The notes under the pieces are model-generated. The model had not been told where the DNA came from. It saw only the letters and a program-made list of their open reading frames with translations, and did no database searches. This document shows positions 15,001 to 30,000 of a stretch of 64,000 bases of DNA, piece after piece; within the stretch, counting starts at the first letter, position 1, and each line of letters starts with the position of its first letter. The stretch is from Yuukianura sp. NJ FZ-2021 (lineage: Eukaryota): contig CM102284.1 in assembly GCA_046563655.1 (NCBI GenBank), forward strand, positions 6,696,001 through 6,760,000. The letters run 5' to 3'. A program made the translations under genes and the position numbers.

Positions 15001-18000
15001 ATTTTCCAATGGAAAATCTATTTTCCAATGGAAAATCTATTTTCCAATGGAAAATCTATTTTCCAATGGAAAATCTATTTTCCAATGGAAAATCTATTTT
15101 CCAATGGAAAATCTATTTTCCAATGGAAAATCTATTTTCCAATGGAAAATCTATTTTCCAATGGAAAATCTATTTTCCAATGGAAAATCTATTTTCCAAT
15201 GGAAAATCTATTTTCCAATGGAAAATCTTTTTTCCAATGGAAAATCTTTTTTCCAATGGAAATCTTTTTTCCAATGGAAAATCTATTTTCCAATGGAAAA
15301 TTTTCTTTCCAATGGAAAATTTTTTTTCCAATGGAAAATCTTTTTTCCAATGGAAAATCTTTTTTCCAATGGAAAATCTATTTTCCAATGGAAAATCTGT
15401 TTTCCAATGGAAAATTTTTTTCCAATGGAAAATCTATTTTCCAATGGAAAATCTATTTTCCAATGGAAAATCCTTTTTCCAATGGAAAATCTATTTTCCA
15501 ATGGAAAATCCTTTTTCCAATGGAAAATCTATTTTCCAATGGAAAATCTATTTTCCAATGGAAAATCTATTTTCCAATGGAAAATCCTTTTTCCAATGGA
15601 AAATCTATTTTCCAATGGAAAATCTATTTTCCAATGGAAAATCTATTTTCCAATGGAAAATCTATTTTCCAATGGAAAATCTATTTTCCAATGGAAAATC
15701 TTTTTTCCAATGGAAAATCTATTTTCCAATGGAAAATCTATTTTCCAATGGAAAATCTTTTTTCCAATGGAAAATCTATTTTCCAATGGAAAATCTTTTT
15801 TCCAATGGAAAATTTATTTTCCAATGGAAAATCTTTTTCCAATGGAAAATCTTTTTTCCAATGGAAAATTTATTTTCCAATGGAAAATTTTTTTTCCAAT
15901 GGAAAATCTTTTTTCCAATGGAAAATCTTTTTTCCAATGGAAAATCTTTTTTCCAATGGAAAATCTTTTTTCCAATGGAAAATCTATTTTCCAATGGAAA
16001 ATTTTCTTTCCAATGGAAAATCTTTTTTCCAATGGAAAATCTATTTTCCAATGGAAAATCTATTTTCCAATGGAAAATGGAAAATCTTTTTTCCAATGGA
16101 AAATCTATTTTCCAATGGAAAATCTTTTTTCCAATGGAAAATGGAAAATCTTTTTTCCAATGGAAAATGGAAAATCTTTTTTCCAATGGAAAATCTATTT
16201 TCCAATGGAAAATCTATTTTCCAATGGAAAATCTATTTTCCAATGGAAAATCTATTTTCCAATGGAAAATCTATTTTCCAATGGAAAATCTATTTTCCAA
16301 TGGAAAATCTATTTTCCAATGGAAAATCTATTTTCCAATGGAAAATCTATTTTCCAATGGAAAATCTATTTTCCAATGGAAAATCTATTTTCCAATGGAA
16401 AATCTATTTTCCAATGGAAAATCTATTTTCCAATGGAAAATCTATTTTCCAATGGAAAATCTATTTTCCAATGGAAAATCTATTTTCCAATGGAAAATCT
16501 ATTTTCCAATGGAAAATCTATTTTCCAATGGAAAATCTATTTTCCAATGGAAAATCTATTTTCCAATGGAAAATCTATTTTCCAATGGAAAATCTATTTT
16601 CCAATGGAAAATCTATTTTCCAATGGAAAATCTATTTTCCAATGGAAATCTTTTTTCCAATGGAAATCTTTTTTCCAATGGAAAATCTTTTTTCCAATGG
16701 AAAATCTTTTTTCCAATGGAAATCTTTTTTCCAATGGAAAATCTATTTTCCAATGGAAAATTTTCTTTCCAATGGAAAATTATGGAAATCTTTTTTCCAA
16801 TGGAAAATCTATTTTCCAATGGAAAATTTTCTTTCCAATGGAAAATTTTTTTTCCAATGGAAAATCTTTTTTCCAATGGAAAATCTATTTTCCAATGGAA
16901 AATCTTTTTTCCAATGGAAAATCTATTTTCCAATGGAAAATTAATTTCCGATGGAGAATTTTTTTCCAATGGAAAATTTTTTTCCAATGGAAAATTTTTT
17001 TCCAACGGAAAATATTTTTCCAATGGAAAATTTGTTTTCCAATGGAAAATCTATTTTCCAATGGAAAATTTTTTTCCAATGGAAAATCTTTTTCCAATGG
17101 AAAATCTTTTTCCAATGGAAAATCTTTTTTCCAATGGAAAATTTATTTTCCAATGGAAAATCTTTTTCCAATGGAAAATCTTTTTTCCAATGGAAAATTT
17201 ATTTTCCAATGGAAAATCTATTTTCCAATGGAAAATCTTTTTTCCAATGGAAAATGGAAAATCTTTTTTCCAATGGAAAATCTTTTTTCCAATGGAAAAT
17301 CTTTTTTCCAATGGAAAATCTATTTTCCAATGGAAAATCTATTTTCCAATGGAAAATCTATTTTCCAATGGAAAATCTATTTTCCAATGGAAAATGGAAA
17401 ATCTTTTTTCCAATGGAAAATCTATTTTCCAATGGAAAATGGAAAATCTTTTTTTCCAATGGAAAATCTATTTTCCAATGGAAAATCTTTTTTCCAATGG
17501 AAAATCTATTTTCCAATGGAAAATCTATTTTCCAATGGAAAATCTATTTTCCAATGGAAAATCTTTTTCCAATGGAAAATCTTTTTCCAATGGAAAATCT
17601 TTTTCCAATAAAAAATTTATTTTTCAATGGAAAATTTATTTTCCAATGGAAAATCTTTTTTCCAATGGAAAATCTTTTTTCAATGGAAAATTTATTTTTC
17701 AATAGAAAATCTTTTTCCAATGGAAAATTTATTTTTCAATGGAAAATTTATTTTCCAATGGAAAATCTTTTTTCCAATGGAAAATCTTTTTTCAATGGAA
17801 AATCTATTTTCCAATGGAAAATCTATTTTCCAATGGAAAATCTATTTTCCAATGGAAAATCTATTTTCCAATGGAAAATCTATTTTCCAATGGAAAATCT
17901 TTTTTCCAATGGAAAATCTATTTTCCAATGGAAAATCTATTTTCCAATGGAAAATCTATTTTCCAATGGAAAATCTATTTTCCAATGGAAAATTTTTTTC

Positions 18001-21000
18001 CAATGGAAAATCTTTTTCCAATGGAAAATCTATTTTCCAATGGAAAATCTTTTTTCCAATGGAAAATCTATTTTCCAATGGAAAATCTATTTTCCAATGG
18101 AAAATCTATTTTCCAATGGAAAATCTATTTTCCAATGGAAAATCTATTTTCCAATGGAAAATCTATTTTCCATTGGAAAATCTATTTTCCAATGGAAAAT
18201 CTATTTTCCAATGGAAAATTTTTTTCCAACGGAAAATTTTTTTCCAATGGAAAATCTATTTTCCAATGGAAAATCTTTTTTCCAATGGAAAATCTTTTTT
18301 CCAATGGAAAATCTTATTTCCAATGGAAAATCTATTTTCCAATGGAAAATCTATTTTCCAATGGAAAATCTATTTTCCAATGGAAAATCTATTTTCCAAT
18401 GGAAAATCTATTTTCCAATGGAAAATCTATTTTCCAATGGAAAATCTATTTTCCAATGGAAAATCTATTTTCCAATGGAAAATCTATTTTCCAATGGAAA
18501 ATCTATTTTCCAATGGAAAATCTATTTTCCAATGGAAAATCTATTTTCCAATGGAAAATCTATTTTCCAATGGAAAATCTATTTTCCAATGGAAAATCTT
18601 TTTTCCAATGGAAAATCTATTTTCCAATGGAAAATCTATTTTCCAATGGAAAATCTATTTTCCAATGGAAAATCTATTTTCCAATGGAAAATCTATTTTC
18701 CAATGGAAAATCTATTTTCCAATGGAAAATCTATTTTCCAATGGAAAATCTATTTTCCAATGGAAAATCTATTTTCCAATGGAAAATCTATTTTCCAATG
18801 GAAAATCTATTTTCCAATGGAAAATCTATTTTCCAATGGAAAATCTTTTTTCCAATGGAAAATCTTTTTTCCAATGGAAAATCTTTTTTCCAATGGAAAA
18901 TCTTTTTTCCAATGGAAAATCTTTTTTCCAATGGAAAATCTATTTTCCAATGGAAAATCTTTTTTCCAATGGAAAATCTTTTTTCCAATGGAAAATCTAT
19001 TTTCCAATGGAAAATCTTTTTTCCAATGGAAAATCTATTTTCCAATGGAAAATCTTTTTCCAATGGAAAATCTATTTTCCAATGGAAAATCTTTTTTCCA
19101 ATGGAAAATCTTTTTTCCAATGGAAAATCTTTTTTCCAATGGAAAATCTTTTTTCCAATGGAAAATCTATTTTCCAATGGAAAATCTATTTTCCAATGGA
19201 AAATCTATTTTCCAATGGAAAATTTTTTTTCCAATGGAAAATTTTTTCCAATGGAAAATTTTTTTTCCAGTGGAGAATAGATTTTCCATTGGAAAATCCA
19301 ATTTTCAAGGGAAAATCTATTTTCCAATGGAAAATCTATTTTCCAATGGAAAATCTATTTTCCAATGGAAAATCTTTTTTCCAATGGAAAATCTATTTTC
19401 CAATGGAAAATCTATTTTCCAATGGAAAATCTATTTTCCAATGGAAAATCTATTTTCCAATGGAAAATCTATTTTCCAATGGAAAATCTATTTTCCAATG
19501 GAAAATCTATTTTCCAATGGAAAATCTATTTTCCAATGGAAAATCTATTTTCCAATGGAAAATCTATTTTCCAATGGAAAATCTATTTTCCAATGGAAAA
19601 TCTATTTTCCAATGGAAAATCTATTTTCCAATGGAAAATCTATTTTCCAATGGAAAATCTATTTTCCAATGGAAAATCTATTTTCCAATGGAAAATCTTT
19701 TTTCCAATGGAAAATCTTTTTTCCAATGGAAAATCTATTTTCCAATGGAAAATCTATTTTCCAATGGAAAATCTTTTTTCCAATGGAAAATCTATTTTCC
19801 AATGGAAAATTTATTTTCCAATGGAAAATCTTTTTTCCAATGGAAAATCTTTTTTCAATGGAAAATCTTTTTTCCAATGGAAAAGCTTTTTCCAATGGAA
19901 AATCTTTTTTCCAATGGAAAATCTTTTTTCCAATGGAAAATCTATTTTCCAATGGAAAATCCTTTTTCCAATGGAAAATCCTTTTTCCAATGGAAAATCT
20001 ATTTTCCAATGGAAAATCTATTTTCCAATGGAAAATCCTTTTTCCAATGGAAAATCCTTTTTCCAATGGAAAATCCTTTTTCCAATGGAAAATCCTTTTT
20101 CCAATGGAAAATCCTTTTTCCAATGGAAAATCTATTTTCCAATGGAAAATCTATTTTCCAATGGAAAATCTATTTTCCAATGGAAAATCTATTTTCCAAT
20201 GGAAAATCTATTTTCCAATGGAAAATCTTTTTTCCAATGGAAAATCTTTTTTCCAATGGAAAATCTTTTTCCAATGGAAAATCTTTTTCCAATGGAAAAT
20301 CTTTTTTCCAATGGAAAATTTATTTTCCAATGGAAAATCTTTTTTTTCCAATGGAAAATCTTTTTTCCAATGGAAAATCTTTTTTCCAATGGAAATCTTT
20401 TTTCCAATGGAAAATCTATTTTCCAATGGAAAATTTTCTTTCCAATGGAAAATTTTTTTTCCAATGGAAAATCTTTTTTCCAATGGAAAATCTTTTTTCA
20501 ATGGAAAATCTTTTTTCCAATGGAAAATCTATTTTCCAATGGAAAATTTTCTTTCCAATGGAAAATCTATTTTCCAATGGAAAATCTTTTTTCCAATGGA
20601 AAATCTTTTTTCCAATGGAAAATGGAAAATCTTTTTTCCAATGGAAAATCTATTTTCCAATGGAAAATCTATTTTCCAATGGAAAATCTTTTTTCCAATG
20701 GAAAATGGAAAATCTTTTTTCCAATGGAAAATCTTTTTTCCAATGGAAAATCTTTTTTCCAATGGAAAATGGAAAATCTTTTTTCCAATGGAAAATCTAT
20801 TTTCCAATGGAAAATCTATTTTCCAATGGAAAATCTATTTTCCAATGGAAAATCTATTTTCCAATGGAAAATCTATTTTCCAATGGAAAATCTATTTTCC
20901 AATGGAAAATCTATTTTCCAATGGAAAATCTATTTTCCAATGGAAAATCTATTTTCCAATGGAAAATCTATTTTCCAATGGAAAATCTATTTTCCAATGG

Positions 21001-24000
21001 AAAATCTATTTTCCAATGGAAAATCTATTTTCCAATGGAAAATCTATTTTCCAATGGAAAATCTATTTTCCAATGGAAAATCTATTTTCCAATGGAAAAT
21101 CTATTTTCCAATGGAAAATCTATTTTCCAATGGAAAATCTATTTTCCAATGGAAAATCTATTTTCCAATGGAAAATCTATTTTCCAATGGAAAATCTATT
21201 TTCCAATGGAAAATCTATTTTCCAATGGAAAATCTATTTTCCAATGGAAAATCTATTTTCCAATGGAAAATCTATTTTCCAATGGAAATCTTTTTTCCAA
21301 TGGAAATCTTTTTTCCAATGGAAAATCTTTTTTCCAATGGCAATGGAAAATCTTTTTTCCAATGGAAAATCTATTTTCCAATGGAAAATTTTCTTTCCAA
21401 TGGAAAATTTTTTTCCAATGGAAACAATGGAAATTTTTTCCAATGGAAAATCTATTTTCCAATGGAAAATTTTCTTTCCAATGGAAAATTTTTTTTCCAA
21501 TGGAAAATCTTTTTTCCAATGGAAAATCTTTTTTCCAATGGAAAATCTTTTTTCCAATGGAAAATCTATTTTCCAATGGAAAATTTTCTTTCCAATGGAA
21601 AATTTATTTTCCAACGGAAAATCTTTTTTCCAATGGAAAATCTTTTTCCAATGGAAAATCTTTTTTCCAATGGAAAATCTTTTTTCCAATGGAAAATTTA
21701 TTTTCCAATGGAAAATTTATTTTCCAATGGAAAATTTATTTTCCAATGGAAAATCTTTTTTCCAATGGAAAATCTTTTTCCAATGGAAAATTTATTTTCC
21801 AATGGAAAATTTATTTTCCAATGGAAAATCTTTTTTCCAATGGAAAATCTTTTTCCAATGGAAAATTTATTTTCCAATGGAAAATTTATTTTCCAATGGA
21901 AAATCTTTTTCCAATGGAAAATCTTTTTTCCAATGGAAAATCTTTTTCCAATGGAAAATCTATTTTCCAATGGAAAATCTATTTTCCAATGGAAAATCTA
22001 TTTTCCAATGGAAAATCTATTTTCCAATGGAAAATCTATTTTCCAATGGAAAATGGAAAATCTTTTTTCCAATGGAAAATCTATTTTCCAATGGAAAATG
22101 GAAAATCTTTTTTCCAATGGAAAATCTATTTTCCAATGGAAAATCTTTTTTCCAATGGAAAATCTTTTTTCCAATGGAAAATCTTTTTTCCAATGGAAAA
22201 TCTTTTTTCCAATGGAAAATCTTTTTTCCAATGGAAAATCTTTTTTCCAATGGAAAATCTTTTTTCCAATGGAAAATCTTTTTTCCAATGGAAAATCTTT
22301 TTTCCAATGGAAAATCTTTTTTCCAATGGAAAATCTATTTTCCAATGGAAAATCTTTTTTCCAATGGAAAATCTTTTTTCCAATGGAAAATCTTTTTTCC
22401 AATGGAAAATCTATTTTCCAATGGAAAATCTATTTTCCAATGGAAAATCTTTTTTCCAATGGAAAATCTTTTTCCAATGGAAAATCTATTTTCCAATGGA
22501 AAATCTATTTTCCAATGGAAAATCTATTTTCCAATGGAAAATCTTTTTTCCAATGGAAAATGGAAAATCTTTTTTTCCAATGGAAAATCTATTTTCCAAT
22601 GGAAAATCTTTTTTCCAATGGAAAATCTTTTTTCCAATGGAAAATCTTTTTTCCAATGGAAAATCTTTTTTCCAATGGAAAATCTTTTTCCAATGGAAAA
22701 TCTATTTTCCAATGGAAAATCTATTTTCCAATGGAAAATCTATTTTCCAATGGAAAATCTATTTTCCAATGGAAAATCTATTTTCCAATGGAAAATCTAT
22801 TTTCCAATGGAAAATCTTTTTCCAATGGAAAATGGAAAATCTTTTTTCCAATGGAAAATCTATTTTCCAATGGAAAATCTTTTTCCAATGGAAAATCTTT
22901 TTCCAATGGAAAATCTTTTTCCAATGGAAAATCTTTTTTCCAATGGAAAATCTTTTTTCCAATGGAAAATCTATTTTCCAATGGAAAATCTATTTTCCAA
23001 TGGAAAATCTATTTTCCAATGGAAAATCTATTTTCCAATGGAAAATCTATTTTCCAATGGAAAATCTATTTTCCAATGGAAAATCTATTTTCCAATGGAA
23101 AATCTATTTTCCAATGGAAAATCTATTTTCCAATGGAAAATCTATTTTCCAATGGAAAATCTATTTTCCAATGGAAAATCTATTTTCCAATGGAAAATCT
23201 TTTTCCAATGGAAAATCTTTTTTCCAATGGAAAATTTATTTTCCAATGGAAAATCTTTTTCCAATGGAAAATCTTTTTCCAATGGAAAATCTTTTTCCAA
23301 TGGAAAATCTTTTTCCAATGGAAAATCTTTTTCCAATGGAAAATCTATTTTCCAATGGAAAATCTTTTTTCCAATGGAAAATCTTTTTTCCAATGGAAAA
23401 TCTTTTTTCCAATGGAAAATCTTTTTTCCAATGGAAAATCTTTTTTCCAATGGAAAATCTTTTTTCCAATGGAAAATCTTTTTTCCAATGGAAAATCTAT
23501 TTTCCAATGGAAAATCTTTTTTCCAATGGAAAATCTATTTTCCAATGGAAAATCTTTTTTCCAATGGAAAATTTATTTTCCAATGGAAAATCTTTTTCCA
23601 ATGGAAAATCTTTTTCCAATGGAAAATCTTTTTCCAATGGAAAATCTTTTTCCAATGGAAAATCTTTTTCCAATGGAAAATCTTTTTTCCAATGGAAAAT
23701 CTTTTTTCCAATGGAAAATCTATTTTCCAATGGAAAATTTATTTTCCTATGGAAAATCTATTTTCCAATGGAAAATTTTTTTTCCAATGGAAAATCCTTT
23801 TTCCAATGAAATCTTTTTTCCAATGGAAAATCTATTTTCCAATGGAAAATTTGCTTTCCAATGGAAAATTTTTTTTTCCAATGGAAAATCTTTTTTCCAA
23901 TGGAAAATCTATTTTCCAATGGAAAATCTTTTTTCCAATGGAAAATGGAAAATCTTTTTTCCAATGGAAAATCTATTTTCCAATGGAAAATCTATTTTCC

Positions 24001-27000
24001 AATGGAAAATCTATTTTCCAATGGAAAATCTATTTTCCAATGGAAAATCTTTTTCCAATGGAAAATCTATTTTCCAATGGAAAATCTTTTTCCAATGGAA
24101 AATCTTTTTCCAATGGAAAATCTTTTTCCAATGGAAAATCTTTTTCCAATGGAAAATCTTTTTCCAATGGAAAATCTTTTTCCAATGGAAAATCTATTTT
24201 CCAATGGAAAATCTATTTTCCATTGGAAAATCTTTTTTCCAATGGAAAATCTATTTTCCAATGGAAAATTTATTTTCCAATGGAAAATCTTTTTTCCAAT
24301 GGAAAATGGAAAATCTTTTTTCCAATGGAAAATCTATTTTCCAATGGAAAATCTATTTTCCAATGGAAAATCTATTTTCCAATGGAAAATCTTTTTTCCA
24401 ATGGAAAATCTTTTTTCCAATGGAAAATCTATTTTCCAATGGAAAATCTTTTTCCAATGGAAAATCTTTTTTCCAATGGAAAATCTATTTTCCAATGGAA
24501 AATCTTTTTTCCAATGGAAAATCTTTTTTCCAATGGAAAATCTATTTTCCAATGGAAAATCTATTTTCCAATGGAAAATCTATTTTCCAATGGAAAATCT
24601 ATTTTCCAATGGAAAATCTATTTTCCAATGGAAAATCTTTTTTCCAATGGAAAATCTTTTTTCCAATGGAAAATCTTTTTTCCAATGGAAAATCTATTTT
24701 CCAATGGAAAATTTATTTTCCAATGGAAAATCTATTTTCCAATGGAAAATTTTCTTTCCAATGGAAAATTTTCTTTCCAATGGAAAATTTTTTTTGCAAT
24801 GGAAAATCTATTTTCCAATGGAAAATTTATTTTCCAATGGAAAATCTTTTTTCCAATGGAAAATGGAAAATCTTTTTTCCAATGGAAAATCTATTTTCCA
24901 ATGGAAAATCTATTTTCCAATGGAAAATCAATTTTCCAATGGAAAATCTATTTTCCAATGGAAAATCTATTTTCCAATGGAAAATCTATTTTCCAATGGA
25001 AAATTTATTTTCCAATGGAAAATCTTTTTTCCAATGGAAAATGGAAAATCTTTTTTTCAATGGAAAATCTATTTTCCAATGGAAAATTTATTTTCCAATG
25101 GAAAATCTTTTTTCCAATGGAAAATGGAAAATCTTTTTTCCAATGGAAAATCTATTTTCCAATGGAAAATCTTTTTCCAATGGAAAATCTTTTTTCCAAT
25201 GGAAAATCTATTTTCCAATGGAAAATTTTTTTTCCAATGGAAAATCTTTTTTCCAATGGAAAATCTATTTTCCAATAGAAAATCTATTTTCCAATGGAAA
25301 ATCTATTTTCCAATGGAAAATCTATTTTCCAATGGAAAATCTATTTTCCAATGGAAAATCTTTTTTCCAATGGAAAATCTTTTTTCCAATGGAAAATCTT
25401 TTTTCCAATGGAAAATCTATTTTCCAATGGAAAATTTATTTTCCAATGGAAAATCTATTTTCCAATGGAAAATTTTCTTTCCAATGGAAAATTTTCTTTC
25501 CAATGGAAAATTTTTTTTGCAATGGAAAATCTATTTTCCAATGGAAAATTTATTTTCCAATGGAAAATCTATTTTCCAATGGAAAATCTATTTTCCAATG
25601 GAAAATCTATTTTCCAATGGAAAATCAATTTTCCAATGGAAAATCTATTTTCCAATGGAAAATCTATTTTCCAATGGAAAATCTATTTTCCAATGGAAAA
25701 TTTATTTTCCAATGGAAAATCTTTTTTCCAATGGAAAATGGAAAATCTTTTTTTCAATGGAAAATCTATTTTCCAATGGAAAATTTATTTTCCAATGGAA
25801 AATCTTTTTCCAATGGAAAATCTTTTTTCCAATGGAAAATCTATTTTCCAATGGAAAATCTATTTTCCAATGGAAAATTTATTTTCCAATGGAAAATCTT
25901 TTTTCCAATGGAAAATCTTTTTTCCAATGGAAAATCTTTTTTCCAATGGAAAATCTTTTTTCCAATGGAAAATCTTTTTCCAATGGAAAATCTTTTTCCA
26001 ATGGAAAATTTATTTTTCAATGGAAAATTTATTTTCCAATGGAAAATCTATTTTCCAATGGAAAATCTATTTTCCAATGGAAAATCTATTTTCCAATGGA
26101 AAATCTATTTTCCAATGGAAAATCTATTTTCCAATGGAAAATCTTTTTTCCAATGGAAAATCTATTTTCCAATGGAAAATCTTTTTCCAATGGAAAATCT
26201 TTTTTCCAATGGAAAATCTATTTTCCAATGGAAAATTTTCTTTCCAATGGAAAATCTATTTTCCAATGGAAAATTTTCTTTCCAATGGAAAATCTTTTTT
26301 CCAATGGAAAATCTATTTTCCAATGGAAAATCTATTTTCCAATGGAAAATCTATTTTCCAATGGAAAATCTTTTTTCCAATGGAAAATCTTTTTTCCAAT
26401 GGAAAATCTTTTTTCCAATGGAAAATCTTTTTTCCAATGGAAAATCTTTTTTCCAATGGAAAATCTATTTTCCAATGGAAAATCTATTTTCCAATGGAAA
26501 ATCTATTTTCCAATGGAAAATTTTTTTCCAATGGAAAATCTTTTTCCAATGGAAAATCTTTTTTCCAATGGAAAATCTATTTTCCAATGGAAAATTTTCT
26601 TTCCAATGGAAAATTTGTTTTCCAATGGAAAATTTATTTTCCAATGGAAAATTTATTTTCCAATGGAAAATCTTTTTTCCAATGGAAAATCTTTTTTCCA
26701 ATGGAAAATCTTTTTCCAATGGAAAATCTTTTTCCAATGGAAAATCTTTTTTCCAATGGAAAATTTATTTTCCAATGGAAAATCTTTTTCCAATGGAAAA
26801 TCTTTTTCCAATGGAAAATCTTTTTCCAATGGAAAATCTTTTTCCAATGGAAAATTTATTTTCCAATGGAAAATTTATTTTCCAATGGAAAATCTTTTTT
26901 CCAATGGAAAATGGAAAATCTTTTTTCCAATGGAAAATCTATTTTCCAATGGAAAATCTATTTTCCAATGGAAAATCTATTTTCCAATGGAAAATCTATT

Positions 27001-30000
27001 TTCCAACGGAAAATCTTTTTTCCAATGGAAAATCTTTTTTCCAATGGAAAATCTATTTTCCAATGGAAAATCTTTTTTCCAATGGAAAATCTTTTTTCCA
27101 ATGGAAAATCTATTTTCCAATGGAAAATCTATTTTCCAATGGAAAATCTATTTTCCAATGGAAAATCTATTTTCCAATGGAAAATCTATTTTCCAATGGA
27201 AAATCTTTTTTCCAATGGAAAATCTTTTTTCCAATGGAAAATCTTTTTTCCAATGGAAAATCTATTTTCCAATGGAAAATTTATTTTCCAATGGAAAATC
27301 TATTTTCCAATGGAAAATTTTCTTTCCAATGGAAAATTTTCTTTCCAATGGAAAATTTTTTTTGCAATGGAAAATCTATTTTCCAATGGAAAATTTATTT
27401 TCCAATGGAAAATCTTTTTTCCAATGGAAAATGGAAAATCTTTTTTCCAATGGAAAATCTATTTTCCAATGGAAAATCTATTTTCCAATGGAAAATCAAT
27501 TTTCCAATGGAAAATGGAAAATCTTTTTTTCAATGGAAAATCTATTTTCCAATGGAAAATTTATTTTCCAATGGAAAATCTTTTTCCAATGGAAAATCTT
27601 TTTCCAATGGAAAATCTTTTTTCCAATGGAAAATTTATTTTCCAATGGAAAATTTATTTTCCAATGGAAAATCTTTTTCCAATGGAAAATCTTTTTTCCA
27701 ATGGAAAATCTTTTTCCAATGGAAAATCTTTTTTCCAATGGAAAATCTATTTTCCAATGGAAAATCTATTTTCCAATGGAAAATCTATTTTCCAATGGAA
27801 AATCTATTTTCCAATGGAAAATCTTTTTCCAATGGAAAATCTTTTTCCAATGGAAAATCTATTTTCCAATGGAAAATCTTTTTTCCAATGGAAAATCTAT
27901 TTTCCAATGGAAAATCTATTTTCCAATGGAAAATCTATTTTCCAATGGAAAATCTATTTTCCAATGGAAAATCTATTTTCCAATGGAAAATCTTTTTTCC
28001 AATGGAAAATCTTTTTTCCAATGGAAAATTTTTTTCCAATGGAAAATCTATTTTCCAATGGAAAATTTTTTTCCAACGGAAAATTTTTTTCCAATGGAAA
28101 ATTTTTTTCCAATGGAAAATTTTTTTCCAATGGAAAATCTATTTTCCAATGGAAAATCTATTTTCCAATGGAAAATCTATTTTCCAATGGAAAATCTATT
28201 TTCCAATGGAAAATCTATTTTCCAATGGAAAATCTATTTTCCAATGGAAAATCTTTTTCCAATGGAAAATTTTTTTTCCAATGGAAAATCTTTTTTCCAA
28301 TGGAAAATTTATTTTCCAATGGAAAATTTTTTTCCAATGGAAAATCTTTTTTCCAATGGAAAATCTTTTTTCCAATGGAAAATCTTTTTCCAATGGAAAA
28401 TTTATTTTCCAATGGAAAATTTATTTTCCAATGGAAAATCTATTTTCCAATGGAAAATCTATTTTCCAATGGAAAATCTTTTTTCCAATGGAAAATCTTT
28501 TTCCAATGGAAAATCTATTTTCCAATGGAAAATCTTTTTTCCAATGGAAAATCTATTTTCCAATGGAAAATCTATTTTCCAATGGAAAATCTATTTTCCA
28601 ATGGAAAATCTATTTTCCAATGGAAAATCTATTTTCCAATGGAAAATCTTTTTCCAATGAAAAATCTTTTTTCCAATGGAAATCTTTTTTCCAATGGAAA
28701 ATCTATTTTCCAATGGAAAATTTTCTTTCCAATGGAAAATTTTCTTTCCAATGGAAAATTTTTTTTGCAATGGAAAATTTTTTTTCCAATGGAAAATCTT
28801 TTTTCCAATGGAAAATCTATTTTCCAATGGAAAATCTATTTTCCAATGGAAAATCTATTTTCCAATGGAAAATCTATTTTCCAATGGAAAATCTATTTTC
28901 CAATGGAAAATCTATTTTCCAATGGAAAATCTATTTTCCAATGGAAAATCTATTTTCCAGTGGAAAATCTATTTTCCAATGGAAAATTTTCTTTCCAATG
29001 GAAAATGGAAAATCTTTTTTCCAATGGAAAATCTTTTTTCCAATGGAAAATCTTTTTTCCAATGGAAAATCTTTTTTCCAATGGAAAATCTTTTTTCCAA
29101 TGGAAAATCTTTTTTCCAATGGAAAATCTTTTTCCAATGGAAAATCTATTTTCCAATGGAAAATCTTTTTTCCAATGGAAAATCTTTTTTCCAATGGAAA
29201 ATCTTTTTTCCAATGGAAAATCTTTTTTCCAATGGAAAATCTATTTTCCAATGGAAAATCTATTTTCCAATGGAAAATCTATTTTCCAATGGAAAATCTT
29301 TTTTCCAATGGAAAATCTTTTTTCCAATGGAAAATCTTTTTTCCAGTGGAAAATCTTTTTTCCAATGGAAAATCTTTTTTCCAATGGAAAATCTTTTTTC
29401 AATGGAAAATCGTTTTTCCAATGGAAAAGCTTTTTCCAATGGAAAATCTTTTTTCCAATGGAAAATCTTTTTTCCAATGGAAAATCTATTTTCCAATGGA
29501 AAATCTATTTTCCAATGGAAAATCTATTTTCCAATGGAAAATTTTTTTCCAATGGAAAATCTTTTTTCCAATGGAAAATCTTTTCAATGGAAAATTCCAA
29601 TGGAAAATCTTTTTCCAATGGAAAATTTATTTTCCAATGGAAAATTTATTTTCCAATGGAAAATCTTTTTCCAATGGAAAATCTTTTTCCAATGGAAAAT
29701 CTTTTTCCAATGGAAAATCTTTTTCCAATGGAAAATCTTTTTCCAATGGAAAATTTATTTTTCAATGGAAAATTTATTTTTCAATGCAAAATCTTTTTCC
29801 AATGGAAAATCTTTTTCCAATGGAAAATTTATTTTCCAATGGAAAATCTTTTTCCAATGGAAAATCTTTTTCCAATGGAAAATCTTTTTCCAATGGAAAA
29901 TCTATTTTCCAATGGAAAATCTATTTTCCAATGGAAAATCTATTTTCCAATGGAAAATCTTTTTTCCAATGGAAAATCTTTTTTCCAATGGAAAATCTAT

